Assembly: GCA_044892525.1 (NCBI GenBank)
Contig: CM097885.1
Span: 53,198,001-53,262,000 of the forward strand
Direction: 5' to 3'
Origin: Schmidtea polychroa
Lineage: Eukaryota
Length of the DNA: 64,000 nt
The notes under the pieces are model-generated. The model searched no databases, was not told the origin of the DNA, and saw nothing but the letters and a program-made list of their open reading frames with translations. The position numbers were made by a program, and so were the translations under genes. Positions 1 through 34,138 of this stretch are shown here, in pieces (position 1 is the first letter of the stretch; every line of letters starts with the position of its first letter).

Positions 1-801
1 CCAAAAAAATAACGTTAACTGTATGAAAATTACAAATTTATTGTAAAAACATGTGTGCATTACACACAAAGCACCAAACTGAAATGGTAATTGCACCATA
101 TTGTAGAGAATTGAATTCTGCCTATACATGGTTACATTTAAATCTCGATCAGACCTGTTAAAAGCGACAAAAAAGAGTAAAAACAGTAGAGTAGATGGAT
201 TGGGCACCGCTGGAACCCTCCCCGTGTATAACAATGATAATAGTAATATTTATATTTATCTTGCACTAAGCTTCAAAATAAGCTATCGATCGATGAAATA
301 AAATGATGGGAACGATAACTTTTGGGCAAACGAAAACCAGGTCACCGCTGGACCACTAATAATATTTTGAATAATAATAATAAAATAATAATATTTTTTA
401 AAAATAATAATATGACCTTGATGAGTCATCACGAGTCATATGACCTTGGGAATGACCTTGATGAGTCATATATCTTTGTTTAAAATTTGACCTTGAAAAA
501 AAATGTACTTTTAGACTTAGAAAAAATTTTAAAAAAATTTCCGGCCGGGGGGGGGGGTGGGGGTATGTGGTCCAGCGGAGTCCTGGTCTAGCGGTGCCCC
601 ATCCATCTACTCTACTGTTTTTACTCTTTTTTGTCGCTTTTAACAGGTCTGATCGAGATTTAAATGTAACCATGTATAGGCAGAATTCAATTCTCTACAA
701 TATGGTGCAATTACCATTTCAGTTTGGTGCTTTGTGTGTAATGCACACATGTTTTTACAATAAATTTGTAATTTTCATACTGTTAACGTTATTTTTTTGG
801 A
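1..801. repeat. Large inverted repeat, arms ~1-212 and ~588-801
   Basis: CCAAAAAAAATAACGTTAAC...GGCACCGCT at 1-210 is the near-perfect reverse complement of 588-801; spacer ~375 bp. Confidence 0.85.
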
Positions 802-1239
802 TTTTTATTCATACAATATATAGATAAAATTTAATTTTCTATAATTATAATTGGTTAAAAACTATGTATCTTGTTTTGTGTGTAATACACACATGTTTTT
901 ACAATAAATTTGTATTTTTCATACATTTAACGTAATTTTCATAGGATTTTATACATAAAAATTCATAAAATATTAGAAGTTACTATGATTTTAACTAAAT
1001 TATCAGACATTAATGCAAATTATGAAAATTTTAAATAAATCAACTTTAGTGTCAAAATGTGTTTTTAAAATATATTTAAGTTTTAAAATACCGCAACGTA
1101 ATGTATTTATTCTTTTTCCTATCCCTTCCTTGATTTGATTGGACCGGAAAATATTCATTTTCTTTATAAGCAGTTACAATTTTCAAAATCGTCACAATTA
1201 TTTTTAAATTTTACAAATTTTCGACTCCAAGGCGATAAA

Positions 1240-1533
1240 AACACTCTAAAAGCCAAAGGAATAAGACTTACAAACTCTAATCTTACACATGAAGCCTATA
1301 AAAAAGTGTATACTGATGGTGGAACAGTGAGCATCCCACAAAAAAGAATAGGAAGTGTCAATCATCAGTTGTATACTTTCATGACAGAAAAACGAGCTCT
1401 CCAATGTTTGGACAATAAAAGGTATTGGTACAATTGTAATGAAAGCTATGCCTACGGTCACTATAAGATTCGTCAAATGCATATTGCAACTGCTATGTCT
1501 AGAAATGAATGCAAATCGAAACAAGCACTTTAA
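1240..1533 (+). pseudogene. C-terminal fragment of protein-primed family B DNA polymerase
   Basis: KAKGI...IGSVNHQLYTFMTEKRALQCLDNKRYW...SYAYGHYKI matches the Polinton pPolB C-terminal pattern (KAKG, H.lyt, K.AL...D.KR, YGH). Confidence 0.8.
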
Positions 1534-2290
1534 CAATTAAATTTATGTGAATAATAAAATATATATTGTGAATTATTTGACTTCGTTAATTAAAATATGT
1601 TTTATCATTTAATAATTCATTTGTCCAATTAATTTAGATAATTAGTTTTAAGTAAGAATTATTATTTATCATGAAAAACTTTGCTTTGTTTTGAAAAATT
1701 AATGCCCATTTTATTTTAAATTAACACAGCTTTATTTTATGATTATTACTAATTAAAATTTTATTCAAATTGAAATATTATTGTTACAATTTACACTCTT
1801 GTTAGAATATATTAAATGTAAATGTAAAATAATAACAATAAAAATAATAATAATAATAATAAATAAAAAAAAATTAAATTAAAAAAAAAATTAATTAAAT
1901 AACGTAAGTAATTAAAATAAAATATTAATAAATAATTAATTAATTAAATGTAATAAATTGAAAATTAACTAAAGTAATTAATTAAAACAAAAAACATAAT
2001 AAAATAATTAATTAATAAATTAAAAAAAAATTAAATAGAAGTAATTAAATAAATTTTAAAAAAAAATAAATAAAAATGATTCTATTGACCTATATTTGAT
2101 CTGGACATTGGGATGACCTTGAAAGTGTCCTGGAGTCCTCACTATATACTACTACGATAGTCGTAATGAAAAAAAAAGAAATGTTGAAATAAATCAAAAG
2201 ATTCAATAAAAACAAAATTTATTTTACAAAATACAAAAATTATAAAATGCATCCGAAATGAGGCTTTGAAAAATTAGTATTGATAGAATA

Positions 2291-23772
<21,482 letters not shown>

Positions 23773-24422
23773 ATAAAATATTTAGATAAAAATATTCATT
23801 AAAACATTCATTGATAGATAAGGGTTAAAATCAAAATTAAAAATTCTCACTTAAATTATTTATTTAGATATAATTTAAAATCATTCATTAAGAACTTTCA
23901 ATTTTATAAATTATATTTTAATAAATAATGTTGAGAAAATATCAGGTAATTTTCGATTTATTTTAAAGCTCAGAAAACATACACATGCAACCACACAACT
24001 TTTAGTTAAGAGCAACATGAAAACATTAAATAACGCATGGTTATTAAAACATATTTTGAGAAAACTGTGTTTTGTGGCAGTTGTCTTATATTTGGTGAGA
24101 TATTGGGTTAAGTCAAAATTGAACTTATAAAATGGCCCCAACAACGCCAATAAAAAAACTATTGGTAACCACTTGCATATGTATCTAAGTAGCTTTGGAA
24201 CTGTATCATGAGTGAGCTCTATTTCAGAGCAATTATTGCCCTAACACACTTCGGTTTCAGAGCGCATCTTTAGAAAGTTAATGTCTGATTTTCACTGGTC
24301 CCTCTTACCTTCGTAACATTTAAAAATCCATTTCTTGCATTTAAAAGAATTCGCTTATTTTACGCTTTCTTTCTCATTATTCCGAAATCACCACATCGAC
24401 AATAAATATTTTTTCTCACGTG

Positions 24423-25565
24423 TGTTGGGTCTTAGGGGGTGTGTCATTTCTCAAGGGTCAGGCCTCAGGTGAACAGGACCTTCCCATGTGTTCCACCCGG
24501 ATTCCAACCAACAAGAAAAAATTCATGTCCGTTTTATGGCCGTCAAATGGTAACAAATCTGCTAGAAATCATATTGTTGCATGGCGCAAGGGCCGCCTGC
24601 ATACGCCACTGAATTCCCAACAAACCCGCATTCCAAAGAGCTTTCATTAAAGACTATCCTATGGCCATCAAATATAAGTATCAATCTGCCAAAAACTAGG
24701 TTGTAGCATGGCACAAGGGGCCGCCTACTTACAACCTTAATTTTGCGACAGATCTGTCAATCAACGACCCTTAATTCCAACCCCACTAGACTAATTTCAA
24801 GACCGAACGAGGAATGGTTTCAGGAATTCCCCGGGTCTATCCATTAGTAAGTTGGCTACCCATATTCTTTATGCTGTCTTTGAAAAATATGATAAAATTT
24901 TATAGAAAATGCATGATAGAAAGAATAAAAAAATTTAATTCGAGCATTAGAATTTATTTAACTTAAAAATTAATTTACGCAAATTAAACTTACCACAACT
25001 GCATAACATTCATAAGAACCAAAAACTGAGAGCAGGTTAACAAAAAGTGTTCTTAAAATGAATTTTCAATCGGTATTTATACTGATTTTAGTTGTCCGCC
25101 CACGCATTTGCTGCCACTATATCCAATCAGAATGCATGTAATTTTGATTTACTGTGCACACATATACGAGTGCATACGTTTCACATTTTATTGAATGATT
25201 TAAACAATCGAATTTTTTAATAATTTAATTTATTATTTTTATTTCATTTTATTTTCTCTTCATTAATTTTAATTTTAATTAATTAATTAATTTTTTTTAC
25301 TAAATTTTTTCTGTTCTTTTTCTTAAATTCTGCACTCTTTACCATAGCTCCTTCGTATGTAAATAGGAGTCATAATTAATTTGATACCACGCCGTGATTA
25401 AGGAGTAGTTTTACCAAGCTGTATATCTGGAACTCTGTGTTGACCAGCCCAGACAATGGATATTATCGACTTTATCTACTTCAGATGTAAATATATTAAA
25501 TAAAATTCACCGAGGCCACAGCGAGCATTTTACTTCGGTTGTAGCTCTAAGGTGCCCACACAACA
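24423..25565 (-). mobile_element. LTR-like sequence of the same family as 29148-44837
   Basis: Minus-strand end GACACACCCCCTAAGACCCAACA matches 44815-44837; CCAAT/TATA block (25070-25135) is homologous to the Polinton flanks; duplicated ~70-bp unit at 24535 and 24660. Upstream boundary approximate. Confidence 0.55.
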
Positions 25566-25639
25566 TTAAGAGTTCGCTGTACCAAGTCCGGTCGAACAGT
25601 GTGACGAACAATTTTATTAAATAATTACTCATAGCGCAA

Positions 25640-26064
25640 TTAGACTATATTGACTTTATAGAGCGATTTGGAGATATTATTACTACGGATATCCGAAATT
25701 GGGTATTAGACACTTTTTCATATGATTACATTACAGAAGCATCATATTTAGATGAAGAGCTTTTAGAACTCACAACAAATGAGGAACTGATGCTTAAATT
25801 TAAAAAAGGGTACCAACAGTTTTGGCTGCAAAAACCAATAGCAATATTATATCCAAGGCTTTGGAAAATGGTTCAAAACCTTCTAATTGTATTTCCTTCT
25901 CTTATTTGGCTGAGAGAGGATTCAGTGTAGTAACCGCGCTGTTTTCAAAAAAAGAAGTCGAATTCAAATTACTAAATGTGGAGATTTACGACTTTTGTTA
26001 ACAATTTTCGAACCCAATATTGAAAGATTTATTGAAAAGTGCCAAGCTCACCCTACCTCACTAA
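25640..26064 (+). pseudogene. hAT (Buster/SCAND3-like) transposase C-terminal fragment
   Basis: EELLELTTNEELMLKFKKGYQQFWLQK..YPRLW..FP/SYLAERGFS..GDLRLLLTIFEPNI..QAHPTH* with frameshifts. Confidence 0.8.
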
Positions 26065-26729
26065 TATAATGAACCAAGAATTAATTAAAATTTCACAAGG
26101 ACACTCGACTTCAACATTAACCAATCTTGAATTAGTAATTGTTTGATTAAATGTTCGAGGAAATAAAATCTTAAATTCGTAGTTATTTAATTTAATGATG
26201 GGTGAAATAAAGGTAATTTTTATCAGTCATCCACCGATCAAGTTCAGTACCCTATCAACGCTAGCGCTTTACAAATGAAATGATCAAATGATACCCGTTA
26301 AAAGAGAGACCAGATAGAGGTATGGTGAATTCATGATTAATGAAATTTTCGTAAGATTGGATGATTGTATGAGGCTCCGTCATAGGCATTTAGGAATGGA
26401 ATACACGATTTTTTTTATTCACATAGCGATCACTAGATCTACTTAAATCACAGTAACATCTACCCAAGTTCTACTGACGACGACGATGCATGCTTCCAAG
26501 ATAAATTACCTAAGTTCTAGCGCTGATAAATGACGAATTTAAATAAAAAGTTTTCCTTCTTGTAGACATGCCTGAACCCAATTTACCACCAAAAGGTCCG
26601 AGACAATGCTTCTTTAGCGCTGACAAGAACGCAGCTTCGTGTCGAAATCGGGGGTCTAAAGAAACGAATAGACGTATTAGAAGGAACGTGGTTCATCCGC
26701 CACAAATAAAAGAAACAAATCGGTAAATT

Positions 26730-27338
26730 TTGCGCTTAGAGCATTGTCGCGATAACTTGCTCGAAGAAAACCGAAGCTTGCAACTTACGGTCAAAGTTCA
26801 ATCCGAAACTCTTCATGCCATCTATTCGGAGGCCGAGTTGCGAAAGCGGTTTTCTATATATCCAATTACTGATCCGGATAATATTTTTCCAATCCACCAG
26901 TTGGCAAATGAACCCCATACTTCCAAGCAGCCTTTCTGCTCAAGTCATGTAGCCGTTCTCTCATCTCCACCGACTTCCGAAGTTATATTCACGGGCACCA
27001 GCGTGGCTTCAGCCAAAACACAGAATGCAGTGGCTTCTTCATCAGTCCTTACGACCTATTCATCCACCACTATCCCCGTCGTCCGACAGAAACGAAAGCG
27101 TCTTACGCGCTTTGAATGGTCCAAGCGTAGATGGGACGAATTAGCTGCTGTCGAAGCCGCTTTGTTTGCAGTTCCTATCTCTACCAAACCCAGATCAGAT
27201 TCAATTCCTGTAGCGAAAAATCCACCCCAGTATCGGATGGTGCCGGAAACTGATATTCCTTTGGCGATAGACCCGCAGTTAGAACTCGATGTAGAATCGC
27301 TCATGCAAGAAACCGAAGCGAAACAGAGATGCGAGTAA
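26730..27338 (+). CDS. Orphan 202-aa ORF, probably a retroelement accessory gene remnant
   Basis: Long ORF with higher GC than the flanks; coiled-coil-like N-terminus and S/T-rich middle; no recognisable domain and no ATG at the called start. Confidence 0.3.
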   Translation: MRLEHCRDNLLEENRSLQLTVKVQSETLHAIYSEAELRKRFSIYPITDPDNIFPIHQLANEPHTSKQPFCSSHVAVLSSPPTSEVIFTGTSVASAKTQNAVASSSVLTTYSSTTIPVVRQKRKRLTRFEWSKRRWDELAAVEAALFAVPISTKPRSDSIPVAKNPPQYRMVPETDIPLAIDPQLELDVESLMQETEAKQRCE

Positions 27339-28674
27339 ACATCTAAATACCGCAATATCATAACTTAACATTGTGCATCGCGAAAGTCTCAACAGCAAAA
27401 TTCCTTCAGTATCGAGACCACTTCGACGCAGCTGAGTGTGAATAACTGTAATTATCGTAGTGGTACAATCTTTATCTGTTTAGTATATTTAAATATAAAT
27501 ATGTAATATTTGTTTTCTTGTTCGAATTAAAACGATTCAATTTGCTGACTTATGTTTGTTTTACTAGGGATTCGATGTGGAACGATGACGTAAACCTGAA
27601 TGTGAAATAGAGTATGATTAACTTCATTGGACCAGGGATTTTGAAAATAGTTTTGTTGGGTTATTGAGTTGGTGATAATTTTAAATGTTACTCTGACTCC
27701 AAGCGTGTCGTTATATGATTCACAAATAACACTTGGCAACAGAAATCTTTATTGATAATCACAAATAAACTTTCACTTGACACTGACAATAAATTCAACA
27801 CTCTGCTTGGTGACTATGCAATGCTTATTACAACACTCGGTGAGGAATAGCACTTGTATATAACACCGGATTTAAAGATCACAAATTACTGATTAGTTTC
27901 TAAACTCGGATTTTGAGCTGGTTGTTTTCTTTGACTTTCTTCACAACTTTATTCGAATAATCAAACAACTTCTGCTCGTTTTATTTTTCAACTAATTCTT
28001 TTCTTCGACTATTCTCCAATAATTATTCTCCAATAATTATTCTCCACTATTATTTCCTTAACAATTATTTTGACAATCGTTTGTCCAACAACGTTTCCTC
28101 CAACGTCTAATTTTCTCCAATAATTTTATCTCTCAAATCGTCTCTCAAATTGTTTTCAATTTCGCGTTACTTTGTCTCTAATTTTCCTTCTAATTTTGTT
28201 GTCCCTTCATGTTCACCAGTTTCCCTTATATAGTTCGCTTCTCTTATGGCACTCCAGATAATCAAGTGTTTTTCCATTTTCCTTCTTTCGCTTTTCCTGA
28301 CTGTCCCAATTTTATCTCTTACAGCTGTCAAGTTGTTTTCCCTTTTCCCTTTTTTGTTTGACTGCCTTCTCCCATCAATTCCATTATCACTCACAAGCTG
28401 TCGAGATAAGGATATTGTTGTTTTCCTTTTTCCCCGATTTAAAAATTCCTTTTCCTTTCTGTACTAATTAATTAGTACTGACCTTGATTTTTATTTTCCT
28501 GTTTGATAACTTTTATTTCCTTTCTCTTTCTCATTTTTAATTTCTTTTCACTTCCGTTTTCTTTTCTGAGTTTTTATAGATCGTCCCGTTTGTCATGGCG
28601 ATCTTCCCCCAGGTAATTTTATTTATTTCTTTATAAATTCTTATTTAGGTATCCTCAACAGTTTGTTGGGAGTA

Positions 28675-28929
28675 GTAGATGTGGAAGTAAGGCCTTCTAT
28701 TGGCATTACGAACCCGAATCGAGAGCGCCATGAGGAGTAGTCCTAACATAGGTGCTCGTCTGCTCATGGGTTCCCAGCCATTATGTACAGGACCAACATT
28801 GTTTCGGCCATGGGTACATAGGTAGTTAAGGCAACAACCATTTTGGGCGCTAGGAAGGAGTCAACTTGATTATCTATGGTTACTCTTGACAACTGAACGG
28901 AAAACTTGACACACACTAAGCGTCCAACA
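28675..28929 (+). mobile_element. LTR 3' (U5) fragment homologous to 44585-44837
   Basis: Collinear blocks GTAAG.CCTTCTAT.GGCA, GAACCCGAA, GGAGTAGT, CTGCTCAT, TGTACAG.ACCAACAT..GCCATGGGTACA, GACACAC.CTAAG..CCAACA. Confidence 0.65.
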
Positions 28930-30284
28930 AGATTGTTATGTGTTCATTGATAATCTTTACACTTAAATTTAGACTCTGTGTTAACATAAGGTAACAAATT
29001 TAGTGGGACCAAGAGTCGGACTCGAAACCGTCTTATCGTAGTTCACGAACCCGATTGAATTATAGTACACAAGGATGTGCTCACTTTTCACAGGCATTCA
29101 CGCACTTGACACAGTATCAACTTTGTTCACTCAACGGATGTCACTTGTGTTGGGCTGAAAACGAGAACTGAGAGTTTGTTTTAATCGATCGAAAATACCT
29201 AACACAAAAACCGCAAAGTTGAAAAAATTTATGACCAAGGTTTAATTTAAAATAAATAAAATAAACTACATTACACATTAAGAATCAATAAACCCCGTAT
29301 AATAGAATAAAGAGATAAATAAATTTAACAGAAAATTCAACACTTAAAAATTTAAATAGAAAAATAATAAAATAGAAAATGGAATTAGTTGAAAATTATT
29401 TAAACAATATAAAAATTAATTCGTCAAAAATAAAAAAATTAATTAGCATTATGTAAATTGTAAAGTTTATAGAATTAAATGGTTATTTAACTTATTAAAT
29501 TTAAAGAATAAAAATGTTTAAATTAATAAAAATTAATATAACTCAAATTAGTTAAATTATAAAATTTGTAAAATTAAAATTAATAAAAATTAAATAAGAA
29601 ATTAATTAAATTTATGAAATTAAAACAAATAAATAATTACACACATTCATGCATGTGTGCAAAATCAATTCAATAATTCTCGCACTCTGATTGGATAGAG
29701 TACGCAAGTAGTGTGGTTATATACCCAACAAAAACAGCCCCCCAACAAAAACATACCTCCAAATCACTTAAGCTATTAGAAAAACAACCTAAAACTTATA
29801 CTTTTATAGTATTTTAACCCTATATTTTGAAAACAACCACCCTTAATGACTCTAACTGTTTTAATCTTTAAAGCCTCAAACTCAAAAGCTTCAAACTAAA
29901 AAGAGAATAGAAAAGAAAATGGAGTTAGAGGGCTATTTGATCTTTATCAGATTATTGATTTTAAATTATATAAATTAAAAAATAAATGAAAAATAGTAAA
30001 ACTGCTCTGAGAGGACAGTGGTATTTTTTTTTTTCACTGTCCTCTCAACAGTTTTTTTGATCCGGATCATTTTTTTTTATTTCAACCTCTTTCGTTTATC
30101 AAATCTCTTCCAATATACAAGCTGGCCAGACTCATACATCAGAATCAATCCGATAATAGCAGCACGCCTTATTATTCGCTTCTCGCTCACGAAGTCGATT
30201 TCAACGGCGTTTTAAGCGTGCTGCTCGAAAGTACAAATGAATTCGAAAGCGAATCCGAAAGAGGTCCGAAAACAACTGAGAAAT

Positions 30285-30363
30285 TAATGTGCACATTACC
30301 GGGATCGATCCGGGGGTGTTCGAAAGACAGGTGGCGATAATTACCGGTTCGCCACCATCACCC
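30285..30363 (-). ncRNA. Putative tRNA-like Pol III unit (left-TIR mirror of 43089-43165)
   Basis: A-box-like TGGCGAACCGG and B-box-like GGATCGATCCC in a CCGG/CCGG hairpin at tRNA spacing. Confidence 0.35.
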
Positions 30364-30537
30364 GTTTCAATATTTTTTTTTTCATATTTATGTTTAAAAA
30401 ATAATTAATTAATAAAAAAATAAAATAAAATAAAATAAATAAAATAAAATATACAAGTACTTTATAAATATAAGATACCCACACTATTTTCAATATTATT
30501 TTCAAATTTTTAATATTATTTTATGTTGAAAAAAAAA

Positions 30538-30612
30538 CTAACCTCAGATGTGATTTGAACCGCTAGCATTTTGAACCACGGTGTCAGTCTAGCCCACTGC
30601 GCCATCAAGGTT
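30538..30612 (-). ncRNA. tRNA-like Pol III unit (left TIR)
   Basis: Minus strand: AACCTTGA-TGGCGCAGTGG (A box)...GGTTCAAATC (B box)...TGAGGTT closing stem, then a T run. Confidence 0.55.
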
Positions 30613-30650
30613 TGAATTTTTGTCATTTTTTTAAATTTTTATTATAAAAA

Positions 30651-33600
30651 ATGAATAATATAAATCTTAAAAATAAAATGAAAACAATGTATCCAATAAA
30701 AAATTTTTTTCTAAAAATGAATTGTAATATTTGCAATAAAGTTTTTAAAAATAAAACTGGATTAATTTCTCACTTAAAATCGAAAGCTCATTTATTAAAA
30801 GAAAATAATCTTAATGATACAAATTCAAAACTTTGTCTTAAATGTAAAGGAAGATTTCTACATTCTGGATATAATAAACATTTTGAAAATTGTATCGGGA
30901 AAAATAGAGAAATATTTACATGTCCTCATTGTAACTTTTCAACAAAACTAAATTTCTATTATTTAGAACATATAAAAGAATGTAAAAATAAAAAACAAAA
31001 TTCTGACGATGAGGAATGTCATTCAGAAGGAGAACCTGATCATGTTGAAAGAGAAAAATATAACTGGGATAATTTTAATCATATAGATGAATTTCAATTA
31101 AAAATTAATGGGCCTGCAACTCCTGGAGAATATATAAATAAAAATAAAAAAAATATTAAAAATTCTTTCACTGAAGCTTTAAAAAATTATAAACCGACAA
31201 GGTATAATGTTATAAAATATAAAATTATAATCAAAGCAAAATACTGGCGAGGAGCAGAAGAAAAGACAACACCCTTAGATGTTGAAATTGGAATACCTTT
31301 TAAATATTTATTTTCAATTAAAGGATTTGATAAAACCATCAAAGAAATAATTAAAGCAGCAGAAGCAAAACAAGAGGAAGTAGAAAATGAATTAGGAGAT
31401 TCAAACTTAGTATTCAACTCTTTCCAAACTTTAGTGATTGATTATTGGAGAGGATTACCACCCAATCCTAAATCTTATATTCCTACACCCTTTAAATCTA
31501 AAAATGTTATAAATGTACAGAATAATGATAACAAATGTTTCATCTGGTCAATACTTGCACATTTACATCCTCAAGCAACAAATCCCCAAAGAGTTTCAAA
31601 ATACAAACAATATGAAAATGAATTAATATTTCCCAAAGGATTCAAACACCCAATGAAACTAGAAGACATTCCAGAATTTGAAAAATTAAATAATCTTAAA
31701 CTTAATATTTATGAACATGTTATAGGGAAAGAAATTATTCCAATTTATATTTCAGATAGTGGAACCAAGGATAACGGAGCACAGGACAACGAGATATATC
31801 TTTTAATCTTGGAACAAGAAAATAATCAACATTATGTTTTAATAAAAAACTTTCAAGCTTTTAAATCTCCAGAGAATCCAACTAGTGGAGGAGGAACATG
31901 TAAAAGATGTCTTCATTATTCAACAACTAAAAACTCTATGATTAAACATACAAGATTTTGTGAAAAAGATGATCCAGCTTTAATTAAAATGCCTGATATT
32001 CCCAAGATGTATTTTAAAAACTTTTCAAATTTACTACAAACAGTTGGAGTTCTTTATGGTGACTTTGAATCTATAAACCATAAACAAGATTTGGTTTATC
32101 AATATTTAAAAATAATAGAAAAAAATAAACTCATGGATTTATGGAACTCCTCAGGAGAGAAGATGAAACCAGAGAGGATGAAAGCCTTTCTAAGAAAAAG
32201 AAATAAACCTAATAGTGTTAAAAAAACTAAACAATTACCATCTGCTTATAAATTATTATTTAAAAGTAATTATCCTGAACTCATAGAATCTAGAGAATAT
32301 TCAATTCTAGGAGGTACCCCTGAAGAAGTCTTGAATCACTTTACTAAAAGTATAAATGATTTAGAACATGAAATATATAAAATATTAAAAACAAAGTATC
32401 CTCAAAATATTTCTAATCAACAACAACAAGAATATGAAAATACTTCCAACTGTTGGATGTGTAAACAGAATATTCTTTCTGATGAAAAAGTTATAGATCA
32501 TGATCATTTAAAAAAGGAAAATAATTATCGAGGAGCAGCTCATAAAAATTGCAATCTTAATTGCCATACTCCTAAATTTATACCTGTTATATTTCATAAT
32601 CTTTTTGGATATGACATACATCTATTTATTAAACACCTCGCAGCAAATGCTAAAAACTCTTTCAAAGTTATCGGCTTAACAAAGGAAAAATATAAATCAA
32701 TTGAATATGGAAAATTAAAATTTATATACTCGTTAAACTTTCTCCAAATGTCTTTAGATGCAGTAGCAAAAACAATGAAACCAGAAGATTTTAAAATCAC
32801 TCGAGAATTCTTGGAAAAAAATAATATTCCTCTAGAAGAATATCCTACATGTTTAGCAAAAGGAATATATCCTTATGACTATGTTGACTCGTTTGAAAGA
32901 TATAATGAAACAAGTCTTCCTAACAAAGAAGATTTCTTTTCAAACTTACTACAATCAGGGATTACAGATCAAGAATATTCTCGAGCATTAAAAATGTGGG
33001 AATTATTCAAGTGTAAAACTTTAGGAGAATATACCAACATGTATTTATCCTTAGATGTTTATATTCTAGCAGATTGCTTTGAAGAATTTACAAACTCTTT
33101 TGTTCTTAAACCTTATAATTATATAACTGCACCCTCTTTAGCTTGGGATACTATGTTATATACCATTTGGACTTCAAATATAGAAGATGCTGATAAAATT
33201 ATAGATCTTTTAACTAACCTCGATATGTTTAACCAAATTAAAACAAACATTAGAGGAGGAGTCTCTTCAGTAATGGGGAATAGAGAAATAAAAGCTAGAA
33301 ATGCAATAACTACTAGCCGAAGACTATCTAAACACCCTGATGATCCATATATGAAAATTAACAATGAGGAATTAAAAGAATTATTAGAAACAATGAAAAA
33401 TCCTATATTTATACTTTATATAGATGCAACAGCTTTATATTCAGGAATTATGACTCAATTTTTACCAATGGGTGATTTCACTGAAATAGAGAACCCAACA
33501 GATGACCTTATGAAAGAAATACTTTTAACACCTAAAGATTCTCCAATAGGTTACTTTATAGAATGTGATCTCGATTATCCAGATGATAAAAAATCAAAAA

Positions 33601-34044
33601 CAAGATATTATCCTTTAGCCCCTATTAAACCCAAATCATAAAGATAAAATTGATGAAATACATCAACTTAAAAGTGAAAACCATGATATTCACTTGATAG
33701 AATCTCAAAAAGTATCATTATCAAATTATGATGATAAGAGATTCATACTAAGTGATTTAAAGACAACTCTACCTATTGGAAATAATTTAATCCCTATAAT
33801 AAAAAATCTAGAAAAGTTGAATAAGTTATATGATACAAAGATTACTGATCTTGATATTTATAATGTTGAAATTATTTATCCCGAGAGAGAAATCGAGAAA
33901 CCTTTATATTCTCAAGTTTTTAATCCTATATGTTTAGAACTTAAATATTTTAATACTGATCCTGAATATATAAAAGGTCTAAGTGATAAAGAATTTAAAG
34001 ATCATAAATTAATGATTCATAGGTTGGCTTTCAACCATAACTGA
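30651..34044 (+). pseudogene. Protein-primed family B DNA polymerase with an internal deletion
   Basis: N-terminal C2H2-like fingers; VQNNDNKCFIWSILAHLH; exonuclease DFES / FHNLFGYD / YLSLDV; endonuclease VII-like CWMC..DHDH..HKNCN; KGIYPYDY; motif A YIDATALY. ORF breaks at PLAP and resumes in another frame with the C-terminus (H.IHL..KVSLSNYDDKRFI). Motifs B (K..NS.YG) and C (DTDS) are absent. Confidence 0.93.
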
Positions 34045-34138
34045 AACCAACGATATTTAATTTTTTAATAATAAAATGTCGACAATTAATTTAAGCAACT
34101 ATAGCAACCTGATCTACTTTTTTAAAAATACACCCATT

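Larger units (their letters stand above)
1..2153 (+). mobile_element. Right end of a second, decayed Polinton/Maverick
   Basis: Ends in ...CACTATATACTACT-3' (reverse complement of an AGTAGT terminus). ATGACCTTG motifs at 412-460 and 2114-2122. pPolB C-terminal fragment at ~1240-1533. Left end lies outside the window. Confidence 0.65.
29707..30630 (+). repeat. Left terminal inverted repeat of the Polinton
   Basis: Near-identical reverse complement of the right TIR up to ~30565 (one 12-bp indel, homopolymer differences, rare substitutions); looser match to ~30630. Confidence 0.95.

Noticed and set aside
27686..28996. TGTTAC...GTAACA-bounded LTR with a PBS-like sequence at 29004-29028
   Set aside because: No TSD and conflicting orientation cues inside; boundaries cannot be supported.
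30018..30215. Small ORFs in the TIRs (also 43112-43812)
   Set aside because: Short, run through homopolymers and differ between TIR copies by frameshifting indels.
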